Positions 9,348 to 19,597 of a DNA stretch of 64,000 nt are shown piece by piece. The notes under the pieces are model-generated. The model was not told where the DNA came from, did no database searches, and saw nothing but the letters and a program-made list of their open reading frames with translations. The DNA lies in NCBI GenBank assembly GCA_051251915.1, contig JBPOGF010000004.1, positions 64,001-128,000 of the forward strand, given 5' to 3'. Each line of letters opens with the position of its first letter. Within the stretch, counting starts at the first letter, position 1. A program made the translations under genes and the position numbers. The stretch is from Akkermansiaceae bacterium (GTDB lineage: Bacteria; Verrucomicrobiota; Verrucomicrobiia; Verrucomicrobiales; Akkermansiaceae).

Positions 9348-9767
9348 CTAAAGATACTCAAGGAAGCTATTTCCTAGTTCGGTGAGGCGTGCTTTTTCCG
9401 TTTCTGAGAAGTCGTAAGGCTCTAATTTTCCTACGCCAATGGTGCCGAGGACGGTGTTGCCGTCTTCTGCTAGAATGGGTACAGCTAGTGAGCCTGAGAC
9501 TCCGGTTTTGCGGGCATCTTCTTTTGCTACGCCGCCTAGATCTTGCTGGAGGTTGCAGAGTTCTACGGGTTCTTTGGTTTCTGCTGCGACTCCTGCGATG
9601 CCTTTGCCGAAGGGTATCATGGAGATTTTCTCGATTAGGAATTCAGGAACTCCGGCGTGGCTTACTAGTGAAAGGAGTTCTCCGGGTTTTGCTGTTTTAT
9701 GGAGGGTTCCTGTGGCGCAACCGAACTCTGCCATTACTGCCTGTAATTTGTCATCAATCTCTTTCAT
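9348..9767 (-). CDS. Stand-alone GAF domain protein
   Basis: IPFGKGIAGVAAE..EPV, SLAVPI, VLGTIGVG GAF-like pattern. Confidence 0.75.
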   Translation of the reverse strand: MKEIDDKLQAVMAEFGCATGTLHKTAKPGELLSLVSHAGVPEFLIEKISMIPFGKGIAGVAAETKEPVELCNLQQDLGGVAKEDARKTGVSGSLAVPILAEDGNTVLGTIGVGKLEPYDFSETEKARLTELGNSFLEYL

Positions 9768-9811
9768 ATAATTAGATATTGGAGTTAGATTTTGGTGTGT
9801 CCAGAAGAAAT

Positions 9812-11161
9812 CTATTTCTGATTACTTGCGTGCCATGCTTCGATTTCTTTGTTGAGGGCTTTGACTTTGTCTGGGTACTTGGCTGCGAGGTTGTTTGTTT
9901 CGTGTGGGTCATCGGATAGGTTATAGAGTCTAAATGGTTCTTTGTCCCATTGATGGAGTTTGATGTATTGGGTGGTGTCGATGCCGTTTTTGCGAACTAA
10001 TAGTTTCCAATCTCCGTGAACGCACCAGAGGTATTGGAGTGTTTCATTTGGTTTGCCTAGGGTCATGTTGTGAGAGGAGTGGCTCACTCCGAAGACGGTG
10101 GTGCGCGCTGCTCTGGCTTTAGGATCTGTTAGGTCGATGCCTTCTAGGCCTGCTGGTGTGGGAATGCCGGCAACTGACATGATGGTGGGGAAGATGTCGA
10201 CTGTGTGTGCGAGGTCTTTGGAGTTTAGTGGTTCTATTTTGGCGGGCCAGGTGACCATTATTGGGGTGCGGACTCCGTTTTCGTACGGTGAGCTTTTTGA
10301 ACGCTGGGCGTAGTGTTTCCAGTCTTTCTGGGTGGGGTCGTCTGCGTTGGTGGAGGCGTTTGCCCAGCCGTTGTCACAGGCGTAGATGAAGACGGTATTT
10401 TCTGTGAGGTTCTTTATGTCGATGTAGTTGATGACCTGGCCGCATGTTTCATCGAACCATTCGCACATTGCGTAGTATTTGGCGACATCGAGAGGGATTC
10501 CGTTTGCTGTGTATTTCTCTAGTAAGCGTGCTGGTGGGTTGTGTGGTGTGTGGGGGAGGAATGGGGCGTACCAGACGAGGAATGGCTTTTTTTCTTCTAC
10601 TGCGAAGTCGATGAAGTCTGTGACTGGCTTGATGCCATCTCTGCCGATGGTTAAACCTGCGTCACCGTGACGGCCTTTGCGCTTAGGGTCAGCATGTGTC
10701 ATGCCGTGGGTGAAGCCACCTTCTTGGTAGGTTCCTTCCCACCATTTACCGGATTGGTGGGTGAGGTAGCCGTTGGCTGTTAGAGATTTTACGAAGCTGG
10801 GGAGCTGGTGAAATGCATCGCGGAATGGGGGATCATTTTCTGCGCGGTTGGTTTTCTGATTTGCATCATTTCCTACGATTCCGTGCTTGGTGGGGGAGAC
10901 TCCGGTGACGATGGATGCTAGCGAGGGGCGACAGATGGGAGCGGCTACGTAACCGCGCTCGAATGTGAGACCTTGTTTGGCGAGTTTGTCTAGATTAGGG
11001 GTCTTTATTTCTTTGTGGCCCATGAAGCCGTAGTCGGTCCAAGCTTGATCATCGCTGAGGAGAAAGACGATGTTAGGGCGCGGGGTTTCTGCGCTGGCTA
11101 GTGAGAGTGTGAGGAAGGAGCTGAATAGTGAAAGTAGGATTACCTTAATCAATGAGTGCAT
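9812..11161 (-). CDS. Secreted S1 sulfatase-family protein
   Basis: Signal peptide, PNIVFLLSDDQ, KTPNLDKLA, CRPSL (variant signature), GKWW, DNG, LYNL.DDPHE. Confidence 0.9.
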   Translation of the reverse strand: MHSLIKVILLSLFSSFLTLSLASAETPRPNIVFLLSDDQAWTDYGFMGHKEIKTPNLDKLAKQGLTFERGYVAAPICRPSLASIVTGVSPTKHGIVGNDANQKTNRAENDPPFRDAFHQLPSFVKSLTANGYLTHQSGKWWEGTYQEGGFTHGMTHADPKRKGRHGDAGLTIGRDGIKPVTDFIDFAVEEKKPFLVWYAPFLPHTPHNPPARLLEKYTANGIPLDVAKYYAMCEWFDETCGQVINYIDIKNLTENTVFIYACDNGWANASTNADDPTQKDWKHYAQRSKSSPYENGVRTPIMVTWPAKIEPLNSKDLAHTVDIFPTIMSVAGIPTPAGLEGIDLTDPKARAARTTVFGVSHSSHNMTLGKPNETLQYLWCVHGDWKLLVRKNGIDTTQYIKLHQWDKEPFRLYNLSDDPHETNNLAAKYPDKVKALNKEIEAWHASNQK

Positions 11162-11229
11162 GAAAGAATCGTAGGTGCTGAAGGTCTATAGTCAAAAAAA
11201 AATCAGTATGGGACGGCGGTAATATTATA

Positions 11230-12099
11230 TTAGCGAGCTCTGAGTTGAGGGGCTTCTGCGAAGGCTCTGGCGTTTGTGCGATTGTTTATTTCAGTGGTGC
11301 CGTAGGTCCATGGGTTGATGCCTTTTTCGGTGAAGACAGCCATGCCGATGACGCCGATGTTTCTGGTTCCTTGGCCGCTGAGGTTGCTGTAGGAGCTGTT
11401 TACGCTGGCGAACTTGAATGCGGCGACTGCGTCTTCGCTTTTTCTGAAGCCTTTGACGGTGAGGGTTTTTCCTGGGTGGATGATGTAGCCGCGTTTTTTA
11501 GTTGAGGCTGGCTTGCCGTCTAGGACGTCTAGGCCATCTACGCTCATGACTATTTCTAGGCGAGATTTAGTGAGGTTTTTTACGACGAGTGAGTAGGTTT
11601 GGTTTTTGCTTCCGACTACGAATCTTTTACCGCTAGAGTGGCGGTTTTTGAGATATCCCCAGCTTCCTTTGACTCCCCATTCGACCATGCCGTTGGCTGT
11701 CTTTTGGAGGCCTTTGCCGCTGTAGTTCCATGAGTTGGTCATGGCTTTGATGCCTTCTGCATCGTTGTAGTAAATGGATGCCATAGAGGCTGGGTGTGCG
11801 TTGGCGCGGTGGAAGTTGGTGTAGTTTACTGAGGAGGCTACGTCATCGCCCCAGCCGGTGCCTAGTCCTGGGCGTTCTTGTGGAGGGCGGGATACTGTTT
11901 TACTTCTGCTAATAGATGGATGGTAGTCGCTCGCTAGTTCGCTATTGTTTGCTTGTGGTGCGTAGGATGGTGCTGTGACTGCTCCTGCGGGGACAGCACA
12001 GCTTGTAAGGTGGACTAATCCTAGTCCGAGGGTGGCTGCCATCAGGAGCTGCTTGGCTCGATGCCCGAGTGTGAGATTTATAAATAAGTTCGGTTTCAT
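11230..12099 (-). CDS. Conserved hypothetical lipoprotein
   Basis: Start moved to ATG 12099; hydrophobic stretch ending LTSC (lipobox-like); LGTGWG, SVDGLDVLDG, RGYII.PG, GFRKS, NIGVIGMAVF motifs. Confidence 0.7.
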   Translation of the reverse strand: MKPNLFINLTLGHRAKQLLMAATLGLGLVHLTSCAVPAGAVTAPSYAPQANNSELASDYHPSISRSKTVSRPPQERPGLGTGWGDDVASSVNYTNFHRANAHPASMASIYYNDAEGIKAMTNSWNYSGKGLQKTANGMVEWGVKGSWGYLKNRHSSGKRFVVGSKNQTYSLVVKNLTKSRLEIVMSVDGLDVLDGKPASTKKRGYIIHPGKTLTVKGFRKSEDAVAAFKFASVNSSYSNLSGQGTRNIGVIGMAVFTEKGINPWTYGTTEINNRTNARAFAEAPQLRAR

Positions 12100-12146
12100 A
12101 ATAAGGCTAGAAAAACAGCATTTGGGTGATTCGTCAATTCTTTTTG

Positions 12147-12188
12147 TGCTAAAAATACTGCACTTTTGTAATTGCAGTATTTTTAGCA
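12147..12188. promoter_or_regulatory. Probable BlaI-family operator (perfect 16-bp inverted repeat)
   Basis: TGCTAAAAATACTGCA-N10-TGCAGTATTTTTAGCA between divergent genes, just upstream of the repressor. Confidence 0.7.
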
Positions 12189-12205
12189 TCATGTATGGTA
12201 TGTTT

Positions 12206-12574
12206 ATGAGCAGATTAGAAAAAGGTCAAATGTCGCGCCGAGAGAGGCAGATCATGGACATCATTTATCGACTGGGGCAGGCTTCAGCGAAGGATGTGCA
12301 GGAGAATCTCCCCGATCCTCCATCGTATTCTGCGGTGCGTGCGTTGTTAGTGACGCTGGAGAATAAGGGGATGGTGAAGCATGCTAAGGAATCACGGCGC
12401 TACATTTATAAGCCGGCTATTACTGAGAAGAAGGCGCGTAAGTCTGCGCTAAAGAATTTGATTTCAACGTTCTTTGAGGGCAAGCCGCAGAATCTTGTGG
12501 CGGCGTTGTTGGATGAGAATGATCAGGACTTATCGAAAGAGCAGATCGATGAGATTCGTAATATGGTAAAGTAG
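12206..12574 (+). CDS. BlaI/MecI/CopY-family transcriptional repressor
   Basis: SRRERQIMDIIY, SYSAVRALL..LENKG.V.H, RYIY.P, TFFEG; start chosen among ATGs at 12191/12200/12206. Confidence 0.9.
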   Translation: MSRLEKGQMSRRERQIMDIIYRLGQASAKDVQENLPDPPSYSAVRALLVTLENKGMVKHAKESRRYIYKPAITEKKARKSALKNLISTFFEGKPQNLVAALLDENDQDLSKEQIDEIRNMVK

Positions 12575-12598
12575 CATCTCTTTAGGAATTTAGGAAAC

Positions 12599-13666
12599 AT
12601 GATCATCACTAGCATTATTATATCGGCACTGGCCCTGGCACTTAGCATGTGGATGGGGCGGCGGAATCCGGTGCGCTCATCTGGGCTAACGGCTGGGATG
12701 TTGGTATTGTTGATGATTACACCGTTATTGCTTTGGATGCCGAAGGTGCATCTTGATTTGGATTTGCCGTGGGCATCATCGGCAGTGGTGAATGCTGCTG
12801 AGAGTAGTTCACTGAGTGAGAATTCTTGGAGTTTGATGTATTTGTTGATGTGGGTTTATGGTATTGTTTGTGTGGTATTGCTGACTAGGTTGTTAGGTCA
12901 TTTTCATGTTGTGAAGCGTTGGTGTAGTGAGTCGGTGGTGGATAAGAATGAGGATCATTTGAAGTTGTTAGAGGAATGTGCGGATCAGCTGAGTTTGGGT
13001 AAATTGCCAGAGGTAAGTTTTTCTGAGCGGGTGAATTCACCAGTGATCACGGGGTTATTTCATCCTGTGTTATTACTTCCTTCACGCGCTAGTGAGTGGA
13101 GTGGTGAGACTTTGAAGATGGTGATGCTTCATGAGTTAGGGCATGTGCAGCGGCGTGATTTATGGACGAGTCTTGCGGGGCAGATTGCTTGTGCGTTGCA
13201 TTGGTTTAATCCGTTGGTGTGGATGCTTAGGAAGCGACTTACTCATGAGTGTGAGTATGCTTGTGATGCGCATGTAATTTCCTGTGGTGCGCATCCGGGG
13301 AACTATATTAATGCGCTTTGTGATGTGGCAGAGTCTTGCCAGAATAAGAATATGCTGAATGCTCGGAATGGGCATTCGCTGGCCTTTTCTGCGGCGTTAT
13401 CGATGGCGAATAAGGCGAGTTTGAGGAATAGGGTTGAGAATTTGTTAGAGAAGAAGCCTGGGGTGAATAAGGCGAGTTCGGTAATTGTGGTGGGAGTTCT
13501 TGTTGTTTCTGCGACAGCTGCGCTGGCTATTAATTTGGTTCGTCCTGAGATGCATCAGGATATGAGTCCTGAGATGAAAATGGATCATGAGCTAATCGAA
13601 GCTAACACTCCTACTAGAGAAGAGGTGCAGCTTCGGTTAAGTGCTAATGCCTTTCCTGGGGGTTAG
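12599..13666 (+). CDS. M56-family (BlaR1-like) membrane metallopeptidase
   Basis: TM segments, HELGH zinc motif, HWFNPLVW, EYACD. Confidence 0.9.
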   Translation: MIITSIIISALALALSMWMGRRNPVRSSGLTAGMLVLLMITPLLLWMPKVHLDLDLPWASSAVVNAAESSSLSENSWSLMYLLMWVYGIVCVVLLTRLLGHFHVVKRWCSESVVDKNEDHLKLLEECADQLSLGKLPEVSFSERVNSPVITGLFHPVLLLPSRASEWSGETLKMVMLHELGHVQRRDLWTSLAGQIACALHWFNPLVWMLRKRLTHECEYACDAHVISCGAHPGNYINALCDVAESCQNKNMLNARNGHSLAFSAALSMANKASLRNRVENLLEKKPGVNKASSVIVVGVLVVSATAALAINLVRPEMHQDMSPEMKMDHELIEANTPTREEVQLRLSANAFPGG

Positions 13667-14424
13667 AATCTCCAAGTAAATCCGAGTTTGACGACGGGGT
13701 AGATATCGTATTTTTCGAGATCGTCGATGATATCTTGTTCTTCGCTGTTGAATGCAATTTGTGGCACTGAGCCTAAGAGGGCACTGTTTGGTGTGAGGTT
13801 CACTTCTGGTGGTCCGATGAAGATGGCGCCGGCATCGAATGATACTATGTATTGTTTCTCATTCCCCCATGCCCAATCCCAACCTATACCGAGGTAGGGA
13901 GCAAAGTCTGAGTAACTAATGTCTCCAGTGAGTGAGTCACCCGCTTGGAAGGTGTAGGAAATAATATTACCGATATTTAATACTTGGCCTGGAGCGCTAG
14001 CGTCTATGCTAATGTTATTATCAACTGCGTAGCCACCGAAACTGATTCTGAAGCCTTTCCCGAGTGTGCTGTTGGCAAAGGGGAGGTAGTTTGCGGTGAT
14101 ACCAGAGGAGAAGAAGTCTAGTTTTGAGTCGTAATTAATATTATCAAGGTCTAGTTCTTTATCAAAAGTGAGGCCTTGAATTTCTCCTTTGAGGTAGAAT
14201 TTTTTGTTAAATTGGTAGGTCACGTGTCCGCCAAGACCGAGTGTGGAGATGGAGATGCCTGCTCCCCAATGGTTGTTTAAGTTGTCTAGGCTGTGAGAGG
14301 TTGCCCAGTCGCCAGTGTTAGAAGGGGCGGGATTGTCTTGGATGTCTGTTGCGGCAGTGGCTAGCGGGCAGATTAAGGAAAGAAGCGGGGCTAGGATGCG
14401 TGTTTTGGTATCATTATTCATCAT
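13663..14424 (-). CDS. Outer-membrane beta-barrel protein
   Basis: Signal peptide, ISTLGLG, APYLGIGW, C-terminal LGFTWRF aromatic signature. Confidence 0.75.
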   Translation of the reverse strand: MMNNDTKTRILAPLLSLICPLATAATDIQDNPAPSNTGDWATSHSLDNLNNHWGAGISISTLGLGGHVTYQFNKKFYLKGEIQGLTFDKELDLDNINYDSKLDFFSSGITANYLPFANSTLGKGFRISFGGYAVDNNISIDASAPGQVLNIGNIISYTFQAGDSLTGDISYSDFAPYLGIGWDWAWGNEKQYIVSFDAGAIFIGPPEVNLTPNSALLGSVPQIAFNSEEQDIIDDLEKYDIYPVVKLGFTWRF

Positions 14425-14445
14425 CTGTTTAGATAATGTAAAACT

Positions 14446-14808
14446 TCACCGCTGCACAAGATAAAAGCCAATAAAGCAGAGGGCTAGGCCGCCTAGGAGG
14501 GAGATGAGGGAGTAGGTGATGGCTAGGGTGAGGTTGCCGGACTGGATGAGTTTTTGGGTGTCTAGGGCGAAGGTGGAGAAGGTGGTGAAGCCGCCGAGGA
14601 AGCCGGTGACGGCTAGGGGGGAGATCCAGGTGGGGTGGTGGGATTTAACGAGTCCGTAGATGATGCCGATGAGGAGGCAGCCTAGGAGGTTGGCGGTGAG
14701 GATGCCGTAGGGCATTTTGGAGCCTTCGCTTTGGAGTTGGAGTGAGAGGATGTAGCGGGCGGTGGCGCCTAGGCCGCTGCCGATGAAGATGAGGAGAATG
14801 TGATTCAC
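14446..14808 (-). CDS. crcB: Fluoride efflux channel Fluc/CrcB
   Basis: GATARY, PYGILTANLLGC, TGFLGGFTTFSTF. Confidence 0.95.
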   Translation of the reverse strand: MNHILLIFIGSGLGATARYILSLQLQSEGSKMPYGILTANLLGCLLIGIIYGLVKSHHPTWISPLAVTGFLGGFTTFSTFALDTQKLIQSGNLTLAITYSLISLLGGLALCFIGFYLVQR

Positions 14809-14856
14809 TGTGTCGCGGGATATGGTGGAATGTTATTGAGAGCTTATATAGCAAAC

Positions 14857-14894
14857 GGGCAGTAGCAGGAAGCAGGAAGCAAGTAGCCGCAAGC
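14857..14894. repeat. Degenerate heptamer mini-array (AGCAGGA-type)
   Basis: AGCAGGA AGCAGGA AGCAAGT AGCCGCA AGC with 7-bp period. Confidence 0.6.
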
Positions 14895-14966
14895 GAACTT
14901 TTAGAGTTTGAAGTGAAATGAGATTGTTAGAGAATGTCTTCAGTTAGAGCGATTCGGTTATGGTGG

Positions 14967-15794
14967 TTATTTCTTGAGGATACCGTAGCGTGGGCTGAAG
15001 GTGAATGCGAGGAGGAAGATGAGGCCTAGGAGGATGACGATGGCTTGGCCGGCGTGGATGTTGATAAAGTGGCTGAGTGTCACGCCGCCTGCGCCGGAGA
15101 GTGCGCCGATGATGGCGCCGCCCCAGAAGAGGCTTTTGGTATTGTCTGTGAAGAGTAGCATGATGGCGGAGGGGGCTACGAGGAGTGAGACTGAGAGGAC
15201 GCTGCCTACTGCTTGGAGGGAGGCTACGAGCATGAGGATGAGGAGGGTGAAGATGAGGTACTGCATGGCTCTGACGGGAACTCCCTGGGCGGATGCAACG
15301 TGGGGTTCGAACATGGTGAGGAGGAGGGGGCGCATGAAGAGGTTACTGAGGGCGAGGCTGATGGTGCTGATGATGAAGATGAAGTTTAGGTCCCGCTGGG
15401 ACATGAGGCTGAGGTCGCCGAAGAGCCAGCTTTCTAGGCTAGCGATGATGGGGAGGTGGGGGAGGATGGCGATGCCTCCGGAGAAGGCGGCGGTGTAGAG
15501 GACGGCGAGGGCGGTGCTCTCTGGGATGCGGGAGTTTCTGCTGACTAGGACGGAGCCTAGGCCGACGAGGATGCAGGCGAGGAGGGCGCCGATGAAGGCG
15601 TTGGCCTGGGTGAGCTGCTGGGTGATGAGGACGGCGATGGCGATGCCGGGGAGCATGGTGTGGGAGAGTGCTGAGACGGAGAGGGCGCTGCGGCGGAGGT
15701 TTACGAAGCCGCTGAAGAAGCCGTTGGCAAAGCCGATGACTGTGGCTCCGATGAAGGGAGCGACCATGAGGTCTATGTTGGCGATGATGTTCAT
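14967..15794 (-). CDS. Mn/Zn/Fe ABC transporter permease (ABC-3 family)
   Basis: ALSHTMLPGIAIA, WLFGD, SLQAVG, multiple TM helices. Confidence 0.9.
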   Translation of the reverse strand: MNIIANIDLMVAPFIGATVIGFANGFFSGFVNLRRSALSVSALSHTMLPGIAIAVLITQQLTQANAFIGALLACILVGLGSVLVSRNSRIPESTALAVLYTAAFSGGIAILPHLPIIASLESWLFGDLSLMSQRDLNFIFIISTISLALSNLFMRPLLLTMFEPHVASAQGVPVRAMQYLIFTLLILMLVASLQAVGSVLSVSLLVAPSAIMLLFTDNTKSLFWGGAIIGALSGAGGVTLSHFINIHAGQAIVILLGLIFLLAFTFSPRYGILKK

Positions 15795-15802
15795 TAGGGG
15801 GC

Positions 15803-16587
<785 letters not shown>

Positions 16588-16588
<1 letters not shown>

Positions 16589-17055
16589 TACTCGTTCTCC
16601 TTCCAGTGAAATTTCATGATGTCGGTGATGTCGCCTTCTGCTCTGATGGTTTGAGTTTGTGAGTCGAGGTCATCTGGTGAGATGATGACTTGCATGAATT
16701 TGTAGCCGTCTTGTGGGGATTCCCATTGTGCCTCGCATTGGATTTCTATTTCATCAGAGGTAAGTTTTTTCACTGGGATGAAGACGTCGCCGCTCCATTC
16801 GGAGGCGTTGAGGTTGTTAACCTTGATGAGTGGGAGTGCGGTGGCGGGGTGGGTGAGGGAGAAGTTCTTGGCCTCGGAGGAGAAGTAGATTTCTAGGTAG
16901 ACGGAGACTTGATCTGCTTTGATGTGCTCAACGGGGGTTGAGGTTTCAGGCTGAGTGGTATTGCCATCGATAGAGAAAGCCACGCGCATTCCTGCATACA
17001 TGGCGAGCATGATTAGGCAGGCTAATAGGGTAGCGAGTATGGGTGATCCTTTCAT
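16588..17055 (-). CDS. Hypothetical membrane-anchored protein, first gene of metal ABC operon
   Basis: N-terminal TM helix; stop overlaps the ATPase start (TAATG). Confidence 0.65.
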
Positions 17056-17115
17056 GGTGAAAACTTACCTCTGGTGGCTAGCGAGGCGGGTGCAAGTGTC
17101 AGCAGGAATCGGCGC

Positions 17116-17136
17116 TAATGCAAGAAAATTGCGTTA
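17116..17136. promoter_or_regulatory. Candidate Fur/Zur/Mur-type metal-regulator box
   Basis: T-AATGCAA-GAAAA-TTGCGTT-A near-palindrome about 60 bp upstream of the metal ABC operon. Confidence 0.45.
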
Positions 17137-17162
17137 AGTCGGGCAGGGAGATCAAGCTAGTT

Positions 17163-17320
17163 TTTTTACCAGGAATAACGGGTATCTTCACGAATGTGGT
17201 GGACGATGAAGCTTTTTTTGTCCGCTAAATACACTAAAATCACGAAACCATTACGATGAAAGCTGAATGGAAGTATTTTAAACGACACGCGACTGAATAG
17301 CGCTGAATTACGCTGAATAA
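17163..17320. repeat. Dispersed intergenic repeat, copy A
   Basis: TTTTTACCAGGAAT...TTCACGAATGTGGTGGACGATGAAGC...ACTGAATAGCGCTGAATTACGCTGAA; matches 62546-62645. Confidence 0.7.
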
Positions 17321-17549
17321 ATATGCCGAACTAGTTCATATGTTCCTAGCTTGGTTGCAGTGAGGGGGGATGAATTTTTGTGAGAGAATAGCTGAGGGTT
17401 TGTTGGGGGCTGAGTTGAGTGAGTGTGGGAGTGGGTTGGAGAATTTAGGGGTGATTTGGTTTATTTGTAGTCAAAGGGTGAGAAAGATTCATCTTTCATT
17501 TTTTGTGTTAGTGGTCTTAATGGCGGGGATACGAGCTACGTAAAAAATT

Positions 17550-18005
17550 ATGCCATACAGAATTTGCAAGATGATAGAAGTGGAGAATGGTCACCTACTT
17601 TCCAAGCACCCGGATAAATGCCGTTTCCCGCATGGGCATACACGTAAGGTGGAGCTTGTGTTTGAGGCTGATACGCTGGATGACCATGAGATGGTGTTTG
17701 ATTTCAAGCTGGTGAAGCACATGGTTGAGGAGTTTATCGAGACTTATGATCATGCGCTGTGTATGAATACGGCTGATCCTAAGTTTGAGTTTTTCAAGGA
17801 TGCTTATGGGGATAGGATTATTGGGTTTGAGAATGAGGATCCTACTACGGAGGTGATGGCTCGGACGATTTTTGATCATACTAGCGGGCAGCTGGCGCAT
17901 CATGTGAATAATCCGGATGACGAGTATCCAGTGCGCGCGGAGGTGCGACTGAAGACGGTGCGGATCTGGGAGACTACTAGTTCTTGGGCTGAGTATTCCG
18001 TCTAG
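17550..18005 (+). CDS. queD: 6-carboxytetrahydropterin synthase (PTPS family)
   Basis: GHLL, KCRFPHGH, MVFDF, YDHA, PTTE, VRIWET. Confidence 0.9.
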   Translation: MPYRICKMIEVENGHLLSKHPDKCRFPHGHTRKVELVFEADTLDDHEMVFDFKLVKHMVEEFIETYDHALCMNTADPKFEFFKDAYGDRIIGFENEDPTTEVMARTIFDHTSGQLAHHVNNPDDEYPVRAEVRLKTVRIWETTSSWAEYSV

Positions 18006-18011
18006 TGCGGG

Positions 18012-18662
18012 TTAGATTCCGTCACCTGGGGACTCGGAGGTGAAGCCTTCGAAGTCGACAGCTAGGGAGTCTGAGAAGTCATTGGAGTCTTCATCGGCGA
18101 CGATGGTGTCGATCGGTTTAGATGCTTCTTTTGGAATGCTGAGGGGTTTTTCAAGCTCAGGCTCGCGGGTAATGTCATTCATGAGCGAAGGCTCTGCGAA
18201 TTCGACATCGGGTTGACGGAGTGAGTTAACGAGTGCGACAGTTTCTAGCTGGAATCCTTTTTGGGCGTCCATGAGTTGCTGGACTTGTTGTTTCAATGAT
18301 GTGTGGTCTGCAACTCTGGAACTCTCTAGTTCGCCGATGCGTTTTTCCACTTTTTCTAGTGTGGTGGCGATTGGTTTGACTAGTTGGTTGGCAGTGAGTT
18401 TGGAATTGAGGCTGATTTCGTTTTGCTTCAGCGCGGCTTCTGAGTCACGGAGGATTTGTAAATCTTTTTGGGTGGATGCGAGGCGTTGTTTGGTCTCGCT
18501 GGTGCGATTTTTTTCTGCTTCTAGTTCTGTAGTGATTTTCGCGACGCGGGATTTTTTAGAGCTGGAGCAGATGAGTGCGGTGAAGATGACGCCGACGACG
18601 AAGGCCGCGGCTGCGATGATGTGGCTCTCTATTGGAAGCTTAGTGAGAGTATCGAGGTCCAT
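18012..18662 (-). CDS. Membrane-anchored coiled-coil protein resembling the RmuC N-terminal region
   Basis: One TM helix, coiled coil, LVKPIATTLEKV...LETVALVNSLRQP, then an acidic tail; start uncertain (18662 or 18689). Confidence 0.55.
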   Translation of the reverse strand: MDLDTLTKLPIESHIIAAAAFVVGVIFTALICSSSKKSRVAKITTELEAEKNRTSETKQRLASTQKDLQILRDSEAALKQNEISLNSKLTANQLVKPIATTLEKVEKRIGELESSRVADHTSLKQQVQQLMDAQKGFQLETVALVNSLRQPDVEFAEPSLMNDITREPELEKPLSIPKEASKPIDTIVADEDSNDFSDSLAVDFEGFTSESPGDGI

Positions 18663-18837
18663 TGAAATGGCATAGATTGTTGATGGCATAATGTCTAAAG
18701 ATTGGTTCTTGCGAAATAGGTTAACAAGCGCATAGTGTGTCTGAGAGTGATGTTCTGCAAGCAAGATATCTGCGGATTTGCATCATTTCTCAGGACAAAC
18801 GTATAAATCCAAACACACAAAACGAACTAAAATTATT

Positions 18838-19497
18838 ATGGCATTTGAATTACCAGAACTAGGATACGCATATGACGCGCTCGAGCCACATATCGATGCA
18901 CGTACTATGGAAATACACCACAGCAAGCACCATAACGCTTATGTGACAAACGTGAACAACGCGATTGCAGGCAATGCTGAGCTAGAGGGCATGAAGGTAT
19001 GTGAACTCGTGATGAACTTGGACAAAGTTCCTGCAGACATCCGTGGAGCAGTGAGAAACAACGGTGGTGGACACTTCAACCACAGCATGTTCTGGGACTG
19101 CATTAAGCCAGGCGGAGCAAATGCACCAAGTGGTGATCTTGCAGCGGCTATTGATGAGGCATTTGGTTCATTTGATGGATTCAAGGAAGCCTTTTCTAAG
19201 GCAGCGGCTACACGTTTCGGCTCAGGATGGGCATGGCTCTGTGCTAAGGGTGGCAAGGTGAGCGTCTGCTCAACACCAAACCAGGACAACCCACTTATGC
19301 CTGAGTCAGGCTGTGAAGGTTGTGCTCCAATCCTAGGACTTGATGTCTGGGAGCACGCTTATTATCTGAACTACCAGAACCGTCGTCCTGACTATATTAC
19401 TGCATTTTTCAATGTGGTGAACTGGGACGTAGTGGCTGAGTGGTATGAGCAGTTCGGAACTTGCGATAGCGATTCTGACGGCAAGTGCTGCGGCTAA
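18838..19497 (+). CDS. sodA: Superoxide dismutase, Fe/Mn family (Mn-type signatures)
   Basis: [46 protein letters not shown]. Confidence 0.96.
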   Translation: MAFELPELGYAYDALEPHIDARTMEIHHSKHHNAYVTNVNNAIAGNAELEGMKVCELVMNLDKVPADIRGAVRNNGGGHFNHSMFWDCIKPGGANAPSGDLAAAIDEAFGSFDGFKEAFSKAAATRFGSGWAWLCAKGGKVSVCSTPNQDNPLMPESGCEGCAPILGLDVWEHAYYLNYQNRRPDYITAFFNVVNWDVVAEWYEQFGTCDSDSDGKCCG

Positions 19498-19519
19498 TCT
19501 GAGGTAAGTATTTTTTTAC

Positions 19520-19563
19520 AAGCCCTCGACTGATGAGTGAATCATTGGTTGGGGGCTTTTTTT
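19520..19563 (+). terminator. Intrinsic terminator after sodA
   Basis: AAGCCCTCGACTGATGA-loop-TCATTGGTTGGGGGCTT followed by T-run. Confidence 0.8.
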
Positions 19564-19597
19564 GTTGTCAGGAGTGGGAGTGTCGGTAATTTAGGTG

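Noticed and set aside
14809..14966. Fluoride riboswitch upstream of crcB
   Set aside because: I could not find the conserved GGCGATGG-type core.
17480..17549. preQ1 riboswitch upstream of queD
   Set aside because: An A-rich tail is present but there is no matching P1 stem or loop consensus.
19480..19503. Selenocysteine readthrough at the Cys-rich SOD tail
   Set aside because: The stop codon is TAA, not TGA.
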